This document shows positions 38,028 through 49,299 of a DNA stretch of 64,000 bases, one piece after another; the first letter of the stretch is position 1; every line of letters starts with the position of its first letter. Position numbers and translations under genes: made by a program. The DNA comes from Euprymna scolopes. Lineage: Eukaryota. The notes below the pieces were generated by a model that made no database searches, was not told the origin of the DNA, and saw only the letters and a list, made by a program, of their open reading frames with translations. The DNA is taken from assembly GCA_053919585.1 (NCBI GenBank), contig CM132783.1; one strand, written 5' to 3'.

Positions 38028-39090
38028 ATTTTTTTTATTACATTTTCACCCCAAACAAGGCAAATTGCCACTTTGGTGTAGGGGGCTACTATCAGGGGCA
38101 ACAACTACTGGGATACTATGTAGGGATTTGGGCAGCAAGATGTCGGTTCACGTTACACTTGAACTTCTGCACGTCAGAACTGTCGGGGAAGCAGGGACCT
38201 GGAATGGAATTCCAGAGTCTAGCGGTTCTGGAGAAGAAACTATTGGAGTAAAAATATATTTTACATCTAGGGATCTCTACAGTGTGGGGGGCATTTAGCA
38301 GCCTGTCGGATTTGTCGATGGTGCTCACGTCGTGGGGGCACAAGTTTCTGCAGTTCGCCAGAGCGTTCACCATTAAAATACTTGTAGAAAAGGCAGAGGG
38401 ATACAACATTTCGTCGATGGGACAGAGGCTGAAGCTTAGATGCCAGTCAAGGGCCTATCAGGTTTGCGACTCTCTTTTGAACCTTGTCAAGGAGCGAGAG
38501 ACTAGTAGCATATGCACCAGCCCAGATGTGACAGCAATACTCCATACATGGGCGAATCGTGGCCTTATAGAGGTACAGGATACTTTCGGGTGTTAGTAAT
38601 TTTCTAGCACGGTAGAGAGAGCCCGCCTTTCCTGCAGCGGCCCTGGCAATGCCTTTAATGTAATTGTTCCAACTCATGTTTCCTGTGAACGTTAGGCCAA
38701 GGAGTTTGGAAGATGTACTCTCAGATAAAGAGTTGTTGGTCATTGCTATAGGTGGTAGAGAGGGTTTCTTGTAATTATTGAATGAAACTAGTTTAGTCTT
38801 GCCGGCATTGAACGTGACCAACTATTTTTGTCCCCATTCCACCACAGATTGGAGGTCTTCCTCTAGTGTTTCTGCCATTTCTTTAGAAATGTGTTCATTT
38901 GTATTCCTGTCGTGCCTGCCATAGAGTGTAGTGGCATCAGCATATATACACATCTCAGAGGCAATTTTGTCGGGGAGGTCATTTATGAATATCAGGAACA
39001 ATAGAGGTCCAAGGATAGAACCCTGGGGCACCCCCGCATTTATATCATTTTGTTTAGATGTACGACCGTCGAGGACAACCTGGATGTCTG
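38028..39090 (-). mobile_element. CR1/L2-group LINE family A, 5'-truncated
   Basis: PQGSILGPLLFLIFINDLP, IYADATT, MEYCCHIWAGA (ORFs 38447-38821 and 38822-39031), family 3' UTR. Confidence 0.95.
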
Positions 39091-39117
39091 TACGTATATA
39101 TATGTATATATATATAG

Positions 39118-39150
<33 letters not shown>

Positions 39151-39304
39151 AAATATATTCAGTAGTAGCTACACCGAAAATCCATGTTTCACTTCCAATG
39201 GAATCTTTCTGCTAAATACGTGAATGCATCTTTTGCAAAGCATTACACATCAAAATAAATACCAAGCCTGATTCGTTAGTGTTATAAGGTAATAGAGTGA
39301 TCAA

Positions 39305-39368
<64 letters not shown>

Positions 39369-39371
<3 letters not shown>

Positions 39372-40797
39372 CAAAAAGAAAGTCCCTACTTGTAATTTTT
39401 TCAAAAACTGCAAATTTAAGCTTAATTTAATGTAACTGTTTAAACAAACTATACATCATTTGCTCGGCCTTTTATTCTTCTATAATTTTACCTGTCCATA
39501 TTAGACTTGTAATTGAAATGTTCTAGTGTTCACGTCAATGTAAAAAAAAATAACTTCAAATTTAGGAGGCAAAAAGAAAGTCTGCAGCAACAAATTCGCT
39601 TAAAGCCAGCTGAAATTATCTCCCCTAAATGAGTTTTAAATATCCACCAACAGGCAACAAAGCATCTCTAATCGTAATTCTTGTTGCCCCAGGTTATACA
39701 ACGTATCGTTTAGTCCATATGCCACGACTTTCTCTTACTAATCGTCAGGAGCCCATTAATCTCCGCCTTTCTGTTTTATATAATTGAGAAAGCGGTAACA
39801 TTGAAATGTCATAAGAAAACGGCATGAAAGATTGCAAAAGCACCAAAACACCGGCAGTGTTCGTGATGACCCTAAATATGGTCATACTACAGTTACTTCT
39901 AACAAGAAAGACAATGCTATCAAGATCCGTAGCCTATAAAAAACAGATTTGCAACGGCTCCCCAAATCCAAGAACAGTGCAATATTGTTAAAAAGTGTTC
40001 TCTTTCTACTATCAAGAACAGATTAAAGGAATTTTATTTGTAAGGATATGTTGCAAGACGCAAGCTATTGATTTCTGTAAAGAACAGAAAGCACCGTCTC
40101 GACTGTAAAATGCAATGAATTTCATGACTCTCAGATTAGTCACAAGTGCTTTTTAGCGACGAAAGCAAGTTCAATAGGTTAGGCAGTGATAGAAGGCAGT
40201 AGTCCGTCGAAGGAAATACTAGGAATTTAATCCTAGGTACTCTATTTCAACGCTGCAAGGTGATGGAGGTTAATTTTTGGTCTGGAGCATTATTAGTAAC
40301 AAAGGTTCAGGGTCTATGGTCCCTTGTTAGGTCGAATCGATTCGACGAAATACATTAATATAGGGACTAAGCATTTTCTACCCAAATTTGGTCGCAAGTT
40401 GGATGATAATCCCATCTTCATACAGGATAAATATCCCATTCACACAGCTGGCAATTTCAGGAGGTGCCTGTAAGCGCATAATATTCCGTGTTTAATCTGC
40501 ACAATTTCCAGACCTCAATCCTATGGAAAACGTATGGAATTACATCGCGCAGCAGCTATGCAATGATAAAATTTCAAATTTGGAAGAACTTTGGATAAAG
40601 ATTTTAAAAAGTGGGATGCCTTTTCTTGGCAGTATAGCTGTCGTCTAATTCCAGGACTTTCCAAAAGATTGCAGACTGTCAAATTGCAGAAGGTTTATGC
40701 TACTAAACATTAACTAATTCATTGTGTTCCTGTTGTATTTGTGTTTCATATATGTCCTAAAGTTACATTTAATTAAAAATTTTCCATTGTGCGGATA

Positions 40798-40800
<3 letters not shown>
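39369..40800 (+). mobile_element. Tc1-family DNA transposon, decayed transposase about 39820-40713, between (TA)n tracts
   Basis: STIKNRL, YVARRKLLIS, VLFSDESKFN, IFIQDKYPIHTA, PDLNPMENVWNYI (DDE-type motifs). Confidence 0.93.
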
Positions 40801-40880
<80 letters not shown>

Positions 40881-41023
40881 ATAAAAATTACAATTAGATT
40901 TACCAAAATGATCCAATATGGTAAAATTAAAGTATATTATAAATATTAAAGAAATAATATTTATAAAATTATCTCAGCCAGAGGTAAAGGCTCGATAAAA
41001 CCAAATAGGAAATAGAGCTTATA

Positions 41024-41118
41024 ATATGAGCAAACAGTTAATGAAAGTTAATAAAACAAGTTTAAATATGTTTTTAACTCATTTCAAAGTGTTTTTAACA
41101 TATTTTATTAACTGTTTG

Positions 41119-41125
<7 letters not shown>
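41024..41125. mobile_element. About 100-bp MITE with 19-bp perfect inverted ends
   Basis: ATATGAGCAAACAGTTAAT (41024-41042) and ATTAACTGTTTGCTCATAT (41107-41125). Confidence 0.85.
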
Positions 41126-41179
<54 letters not shown>

Positions 41180-41246
41180 GTATAAGAGTTGTGTGTATGT
41201 GTGTATGTCTACTTATGAACCCCTGTATGTCTGCATTTACTTTGTT

Positions 41247-41279
<33 letters not shown>

Positions 41280-41389
41280 GCTTGTACGTATGTGCCTGTA
41301 TGTGGTTGCCTAGAAGTGTACATATGTGTGTATATGTATGTATGCGAATGTGTGCGTGCGTTAACCTATGTAATAAAATAAAATAGCCC

Positions 41390-41990
41390 CATTATAAATG
41401 GCAAGGAACAAACTGACGTGCAACTACAAACCTTTAAACGAACATCGTACGTGTAAAAAAAATACATCTACACTAAACCTTTCCCTCTCTCTATCCCTCT
41501 CTTTCCCTCTTGCTCTACCTCTCTTTTCCTCTCGTTTCCCTCTCTCTCTCCCTCTCCCATCTATTTAATATACCTTGCTGAAAAACCAAAATTTAAAACC
41601 AAAATATTTCATTTGTTCCCCCTCCTCTCCTTATCACCTCACTTCCTTTATCATTCTCTACACCTCCCCCTCACTATATTCATATATCACCACCCACGCC
41701 TACCTGGATCTGCTACGCCCACACACACAATACAATAGAATGTATCTTTAACCTTCAAAACTGAAATATTGCCAACACCCGCCTCTCCTCTTTTATTTCT
41801 TCCTTTTTTCTTAAATACACCTTTTTTTCCAATGGCTTACAACCACTTTTGCGAGGCCTGACGAAGCTGTTGGATTGTAAACATGGTCCAACATCGGAAA
41901 CATATGTAGCCAAACAGATAAAACGGTAAAAAAAAATAAAACACAGATTTGCTCTGCAATAGTTTTGGGCACTCTCTTCAATTTTTTACT
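41390..41990 (+). mobile_element. Penelope-type 3' end/pLTR with hammerhead
   Basis: CT-rich tract then HHR; shares motifs with 12600-13170. Confidence 0.7.
41855..41911 (+). ncRNA. Type I hammerhead ribozyme motif (best preserved in the window)
   Basis: GGC-CTGACGA-AGC-TGTTGGAT...GTCCAACA-TCG-GAAA-C-ATAT-GTA-GCC: stem I GGC/GCC, 8-bp stem II, palindromic ACATATGT stem III, GUA site. Confidence 0.85.
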
Positions 41991-43559
41991 NNNNNNNNNN
42001 NNNNNNNNNNNNNNNNNNNNNNNNNNNNNNNNNNNNNNNNNNNNNNNNNNNNNNNNNNNNNNNNNNNNNNNNNNNNNNNNNNNNNNNNNNNNNNNNNNNN
42101 NNNNNNNNNNNNNNNNNNNNNNNNNNNNNNNNGTGTATATAATACATTCAGATTTAGAAACACAAGAAATTGTTAATTAATATAACATATATAGATGTCT
42201 AACGTTTTCCTTTGGTTTTATAGACTTGAAATGTCATAGGACTAATACGTCATGTGTATACTATCAATAAAATTGTCACACGAAAAAGCCGAGAAAATTA
42301 TTTACAACACCGCGTAATATCGTTAGCTAGTTTTTGACGTTAAAATAGTTTTAGGATTTTACATTAATGGCTTTTGCCTTTTCTAGAGCGATGTCCATTA
42401 AAATCAATTTAAGAAAACCTTGCTTCATTTGTGCCTAATGGATATAGAGTAAATAAAACACAAGTTTATAATTTAATACAGGAGTTTGTTATTATTAAAA
42501 CCAGCAAAATACTATAAGTTGCAAAATAAAACAATGTGAGACATCAATTATACATATAATTAATTTTGCAGACGAATTCTTATCATTATAGTTCGATCTT
42601 ATCGTTCGTAACATTCGAGGCTCTCAAATATAGTATTTTTCTATTGTTTTTTTACGGTTACGATTCGACGCTTACAGTATTCACCCAGCTATAGATATTC
42701 GCACAATGCTGTAGTTGTCTCACTTGCTACATGAATCTATGTCTTACATTTAAGCATTATATTACAACTACTACCATGCTACTCAGTCGCAATAAGATGT
42801 TTAGGAGATTTGTCTCTTTTTGCTATTGTCTGAACTCAGTAGTGATATCAGTATTATAGGTCTTGAGTCTAGGATGTTTATCTTTGTTTATAATGGGGTT
42901 TATTCTTTAATTATAAGGGTTGTTTTTCTTTTTACAAATATGGTTATAGACTGCAATAGGTCTTTTTAAAAAGATGTTAGAAATTGGCGTTTGGATTATA
43001 TAATTGCTAAGAAGCGTGAGGCAAAACAATTATTTTCCTTCGTCAGAGTGTAAAATTGTGAGATTTTTAATATTTATTGTGGATATAAAGTATGGATTAT
43101 TGTGATTTTCTTAATAGCTTGATAAATCTTTGTCTTATCATGTATATACATTTTTATATCATTACATTTTACTAAATTTATTAAATATAAACAAACAAAA
43201 ACAATTTCCAAAACATTCAACGCACGTCATTTGGTGCTTTGTTTTCGTTAGTCTAAATCTTTATTTGATAAATCTATTTTATTCATTTATATTTAAATCT
43301 AAATGATCGTATCTACTTTCTTCGCCGTTTAGAAAACCTGGAGTTTTAAACGCTTTTAATATTTGAAGTTTGCACAAAACTCCACAACACCTATAAATAT
43401 ACACATCCTATTTGTTTGATTTGTTATTATTTGTTCACGTATTAGTCGGTCTAACTTTGTCATGGTGGTCGTGGTGATCATCGTGGAAAGTTTGCGTTTT
43501 CAAACGCTATTTTTATTCCAATCTGTTTTTAAGAGAAGAATTTTTTTTATTCCAAACAC

Positions 43560-44689
43560 GGGTAGGTTTAGCTCGTCAGCTCGGAAAAGAAGCCAAGTCT
43601 TCAGAAAACAATCTTGAAAGAAAATTCGAAGTGGGGCTTCGTAGGTAGTTACTGTGACGAAACTCTGCATTAGAAACAATCTCCAGTCTTACTGCCTGTG
43701 TTTTGCCACTGGGTTCAAACTTTTCGCAGAGATAGAGTGGGGGAAATGCTATGTAAGTGCTTTTTACTTAAAACTAATTAACGTACAATAATGATATCGA
43801 AGAAGTTGTGCGTCAACTACCGAAAAATATTCTGTGGCGAAAAAAGGGAGGCGATATAGCACGTGTGGTTACATTAGCAGTGCATCTTCCTTATGACCAA
43901 AGTAGAAGAGAAATATGACAGACCTCTGAATTCACTGCTCACCTCCATAGCAGAAAAAATGGTGTTGTAAAAATTGACTGTTTAATCTTATTCGAGCAAG
44001 TTTAACGCCACTGGCAGGGGACTCGAATTCAGCAGTCGAATAGCAAAGCAACAATCGATTACTTACCTCACAATAGATGCATGGGACTTACGTTCTCTTT
44101 TTGACAACCGAAAAGCAAGCAATCCCGAAAGGCAAATCGCTTTAGTAGTCAAAGTCGCTGCATTGTTGACTTAGAAGCCATGTCCAAAAGTCACATGCCT
44201 AAAGATCTATTCACATGCAAAACCTGCCAAGAAACTGGGCAATTGCTGTATGAGCTGCCTTAGTAGACTGTTGAAAACCAAGTAACAAGCTAAGTTATAA
44301 GTCACAGATTTTTAGTCTAGTCAAATCTTCCATCAGTACAACCCATGTAATAGCAGTATAAGGATAGTTGGCAGGTCATATATACCGCATGTTTGATTCA
44401 ATAACAAAAGAAAACAACTCCTCAACGTGAATTTCCAAATAGAACAGACCCGCAGAAATAGAGCAAAAATGGTTTAAAGACAATCTGTTCACAAATATTC
44501 CTGGCCTGCCACAATTCACAAAGGGTCTACAACTGTTAACAGTAGAAAACGCAAGCGAATACATAGCATTAGAAAAGACAGGTGCCTAACATACGGGAAA
44601 TAATTCGGAGCTTGAATTGATCTAAGAAACCCAACCCAAACCCAAAGAACAATTGCATGACTAAGTTTATCTTCGCACGGATGGGTAAT

Positions 44690-44690
<1 letters not shown>
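43560..44690 (+). mobile_element. Possible decayed non-LTR ORF1/gag-like region with a zinc knuckle remnant
   Basis: FTCKTCQETG near 44210 and WQGTRI near 44010; GC-richer than flanks; no intact ORF. Confidence 0.35.
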
Positions 44691-44766
<76 letters not shown>

Positions 44767-45119
44767 GAGGTTTGTTTCGAAAGAATATGTTCCTGTTTTT
44801 ACCTTCACAAGTTACAAAACTCAAAGACGGGATTAGCACCATTACGATATGTGACTTGCTTTACATTAAAATATATATTCCTTCATAATCACCACTAAAA
44901 GTAAATACACCTTTTCAACAAATTAAATGACGCATCTCTTTTCTGTCGCAAGGCCATACAGGGACGGATTTCAGGGAGTTTTTTCCTGTCTATATTTGCT
45001 AAAGAAATATGAGATTTACGTCAAGAATTCATGAATTAGTTTTAATGATAATGCCATTTGCAACTCTCTCTTATTCGGAATAATTGGCGGAATAAAAATA
45101 TTCCAGATGGAATACCCCT

Positions 45120-45195
<76 letters not shown>

Positions 45196-45196
<1 letters not shown>

Positions 45197-46080
45197 TGGC
45201 ATTTTAGCCCGGCGTTGCCCGGGTGCTTGGATGTGTATGTTGAGTGAAAAAAAAAAACGTAGTAGTAGGAAGGCAGGCTCGAACCCGTACCGCGAAGAAG
45301 GAACAGAACGGGGGAAAACCCTGACGTTTTTGCGATTACGACCACCGTCAAATCGGAAGTGACGCAGGTTTAAATTAAGGCTAGACAATCGAAAGAAGAG
45401 GATGATTTGAAAAAATATCGGCAAAAAAAACGGACACACCTGTAGAAAACTGCCTAGTTGAAGGTGAAGATATTAATGTTTTTAGACAATTTTTCGATAT
45501 TTGTCGTCTGAAAGGTCGAACTTAAATTCGGTACTGATCTTGGTAAAATCCATCCCCTCTGTCGAAAGTTTTCGGCAAACATGCAAACATACATACATAC
45601 ATACATACACTTATATATTGCTAACTAAAGATTTTCGACGAAAACAAATTAAAAAGCTTGCCCTATCTTTGAATACCCTTTATGCAAAATTTCAAATGTT
45701 TACACCAGAAATTGTCTGAGTAATTTGGTAGAGATCGCAGAGGTCAATTTTTTAAACTTTGGCCACTGTTATGACTCCTGAACAGTTATTTTTTTGCTCA
45801 AATCAAGTGAGTTAGGTGCATGTCCAAGGAAACCATATCGAACATTTCAATTGTTTATACCCAAAGTTAGCGGAGGCGTAAGGTAGAATTCTCAAAGGTT
45901 TAATCGTTGAACTTTCACTCCTTAACAGAAAAATTTCTGGCCGAAAAAGGATTAAAAAGATTTTCTCAAATCTCAGTACCCTGTATATCAAATTTCGAGT
46001 CTGTAGACTTAAAATTGACAGAGTTATTGTGTAGGTAAATGTCACACAGACACACAGACAGACACGTTTAATTATATATA
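45196..46080 (-). mobile_element. Non-autonomous Helitron, family H1 copy 2
   Basis: Same CCCGGCGTTGCCCGGG hairpin (terminal CTAG changed to CCAG); colinear with 27741-28630 including the (CATA)n block. Confidence 0.85.
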
Positions 46081-48689
46081 TTTAGTGTATGTATACTTAT
46101 CATATAAGTTATTTCTTCAGCGATTAGGACAAGCTATATATGGTTTTTGCCATGTATATTGAGTTCTTAACTTAAAATCCTTTACAAAAAAAAGATATGA
46201 TAGACTGTAAGAAAATACAGCTATTACATATGGCTGTTATGAGATAAATTTACTTGAATATTAGGTACTGTTGCTGTACTTCTAGTAATGACACAGGGAT
46301 CGTACTTTAAGTGCTAGCAACGATAGATATGTTTGAACATAGTAAACATATAGTGTATACAACTGTCAATACTTGGATTGTACAGACTATAATTCTCATC
46401 TTGTGCATTACATTTGTTTTATATTCATTTCATGACAATAGTTTAGTCGAACAAACTGGATACGAATTTTGCGCACATATAGGTCCTGTCTGTTTCGTAT
46501 ACACCTTAATCCTTCATTTGTCATACCTTGGATTGATATACTATTATAACTTACTAAAGGAAAACTACTTACAAGTATTAGATTTCATGTTTTGATGGCT
46601 TAGTTTATTTTCGATTGATACTATGTTTTCATCAATTTACTTACATCATAGAATTTGATTTACTGCTTAATATTAAAATAATTTATATATTTTATTTGGA
46701 GTGCTAGATATTAAGTCAGTAGGATGTAAACTAATGTTGTAGAAACCATCTATTGTACTGGTTCAACCAGCACAGGCTGTCATGAGATTTGGATGCCATT
46801 TTATTTTGCATTCTCCTTTGCAACACTTAATCATAGTTTGCAAAAGCAAAACTTGCCAAAATACAGTGAATAAATATTTGAATATATAAGAAACGAAGCG
46901 TAAATCCTATTACTTTGAATGTCAGATTATGTATTGAATAATCGCTAAAAAAATATTAGCATAATCCGTAAAAACGACATAGGATAACAAAACAATACGT
47001 AATTATGCGCTTTTCGAATTTTGTTGGTGATTTTATTTGGTGACGATGTTAATTCGTCACAAATTAATCATTTTAGACGTGAATTTGATGTTTTCATTTC
47101 TCCAAGGTAAAATCTCCTATATTAATTGCCATTGTATTTGGGTTGATTACGCCACGTTTATTATCGTGTTTATGGTATCAACAGTACTTGATGATCGCAG
47201 AATAAAATATTTTTCTTAACTATATTTGATTTTTGGTTGAGCTTGCATTTAAAACATGTGAAATATCCACGCCTCTTATTTTTATTATATATCTATCCAT
47301 CAATCGTTCACTTTCTCTACCTCTCTTTCTTCGTCTATGACTTTCTCGTTTTCTCTCACGGGGAACTGTTTCTAATTAATTGGATATCGGGGCTAGCTTA
47401 CCGAAACGTTGCAACTGAAACATCGCATTCCTGCGCTATGTGCTTATTTCATTTTAAATATAATTTCAGCATTAGATTTCAGGCCCGGATAATTCTCATA
47501 ATTAATGAGAATATGACCTTATCACTAAGAAAGTCGAAAACTCAAGGAACCTTCTCATCAAGTAGACGTAGCTGTGGTAACAACCTTTTGATCCAAACGA
47601 GATGTTCCTATGATCTAACATCTTCTTGTGTTAAAATCGAAAGTGTTGGATTGCCGTGCTTGGGCATAGCAGCTGTTCTGGAAATATCACACGCACGGAA
47701 TAACTAAGTTATTACCTCCTATACACGATGTTGTCATACACGTATGTGATATTTAGAACACCCCTACGAAGAATACAAATCGAAAAATTGGTGGACAGAA
47801 TGCAGAAAAAATTAGATCGTATTCGTTGTGTGGGTGTAATAGCCATCGACATAACGGGATAGTATTACGTGTGTACAGTGCTTTATTTCCCCGTACCAAC
47901 CAAGGGCGGGAACGCTTACATTACGTTTTCTTTTTCCAATCCATAAAGTCTGATTGAATGTCATGAAGCCTAGAAAAAAAAACATGATTAATTATTAATT
48001 TGATAAAATACATGTGTCAACGTACAATTACAGATATCTTTAAATATTATAATATTTCTTATTTTTATGTAAGTTACTTAAATAAGTAAACTGTTACTTT
48101 AACTTAAAGTAAACAGGTGTTATATAATCATATTCAAGTTATTTCATGTTGGTACATAATGTAACACTTCTAATACACATAAAAAATAAGACTGGCATAT
48201 TATGTATTTGTCTTATATGACAATCAAGTTTCACATTACACATTTAAAATGAATTTTTCATAAACACGTCGACAAAATTAAACAAATAAAAATACATTTA
48301 ACAAACTGATATATTTTTTACAGAAATGAACACATGCTTCTACAAATAATAATATAACGAAGCATCACATCCGGAATTCTATTAACAGTTTATGATGTTA
48401 TCAAATTCAACAAAACATTAAATTAGAAGAAATGGCAATAAATAATACCATACACAATTATAAGTCCCTTGCTTACATTAACAATGAAATTATGCTAATT
48501 ATTTTCTATAGAAACTTAAGGTCCGAAACTCAGTATTTAAAAAAAATCCTCATTTATCTTGAAGTAATTCGAAACAACAATTATTGTCTATATGTTGAAA
48601 TGCCTTTTGAAAGAGTGTAAACCTACAACAACAATGACAACGAACGTTACCTTGGTTACATAACCATTACTCTAACACACTGCTCTACC

Positions 48690-48726
<37 letters not shown>

Positions 48727-48772
48727 TACATATATGTGTGTGTATGTATACATATATCATAAATAGATCCGA

Positions 48773-49201
48773 AAATACTGTTCTCTTGACCCCCCCTACT
48801 ACAACTCGCACCCCAATCAAACAACGTGCTAGTCCAAGTAGCGAACTACCTCACGTAATGATGGTTTGCTGTTTAAAAATATAACGCCGAGGTATATTTC
48901 AAGCAAAGAATATCCTTGTTTGCATTGATGACGGACGTTTTTAGAAATATGTTGTGAATTTGTGATTATTTTTTTAGATGCAAATGCTAATATTATATTT
49001 ATTTCAATGTTTTATCTATATCTTTATTTGATTGTTTTATTAAATGTATAATAGGCTTTTTTCGTCCAAAAATGTGCCCATTTTATCTGGCAAGTTTACT
49101 TTAAATCAAACACCAATAACATAAATATATCCTAAAATGCTGGTCTCTTGACATTCTTCTACAACTCGCAACCCTATAAAACGACATGCTAGTCCAAGTA
49201 G
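48773..49201. repeat. Dispersed ~70-bp direct repeat pair
   Basis: AAAAT.CTG.TCTCTTGAC...CTACAACTCGCA.CCC.AT.AAAC.AC.TGCTAGTCCAAGTAG at about 48773-48841 and 49134-49201. Confidence 0.85.
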
Positions 49202-49299
49202 TCAATTAAATAAAGTGTTAGACTGGCATAGCTCCAGAAGATTTTTAATGCATGTTAATTTGTTTGCCTGTTACAGGGAAATTACAGAATAAGTGAATG

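Larger units (their letters stand above)
2153..42132. other. Ten N gaps (2153-2380, 2401-2531, 8888-9049, 13171-13392, 14613-14983, 16370-16555, 25904-26031, 30372-30509, 36070-36222, 41991-42132)
   Basis: Runs of N, several next to simple repeats or foldbacks; content unknown. Confidence 0.95.

Noticed and set aside
46311-47707. Hydrophobic ORFs 46311-46595 and 47237-47707
   Set aside because: Non-ATG starts, composition expected from T-rich DNA, no recognisable motif.
7789-48884. Many ORFs rich in YIYI, CVCV or X
   Set aside because: Translations of (TA)n/(TG)n microsatellites or N gaps.
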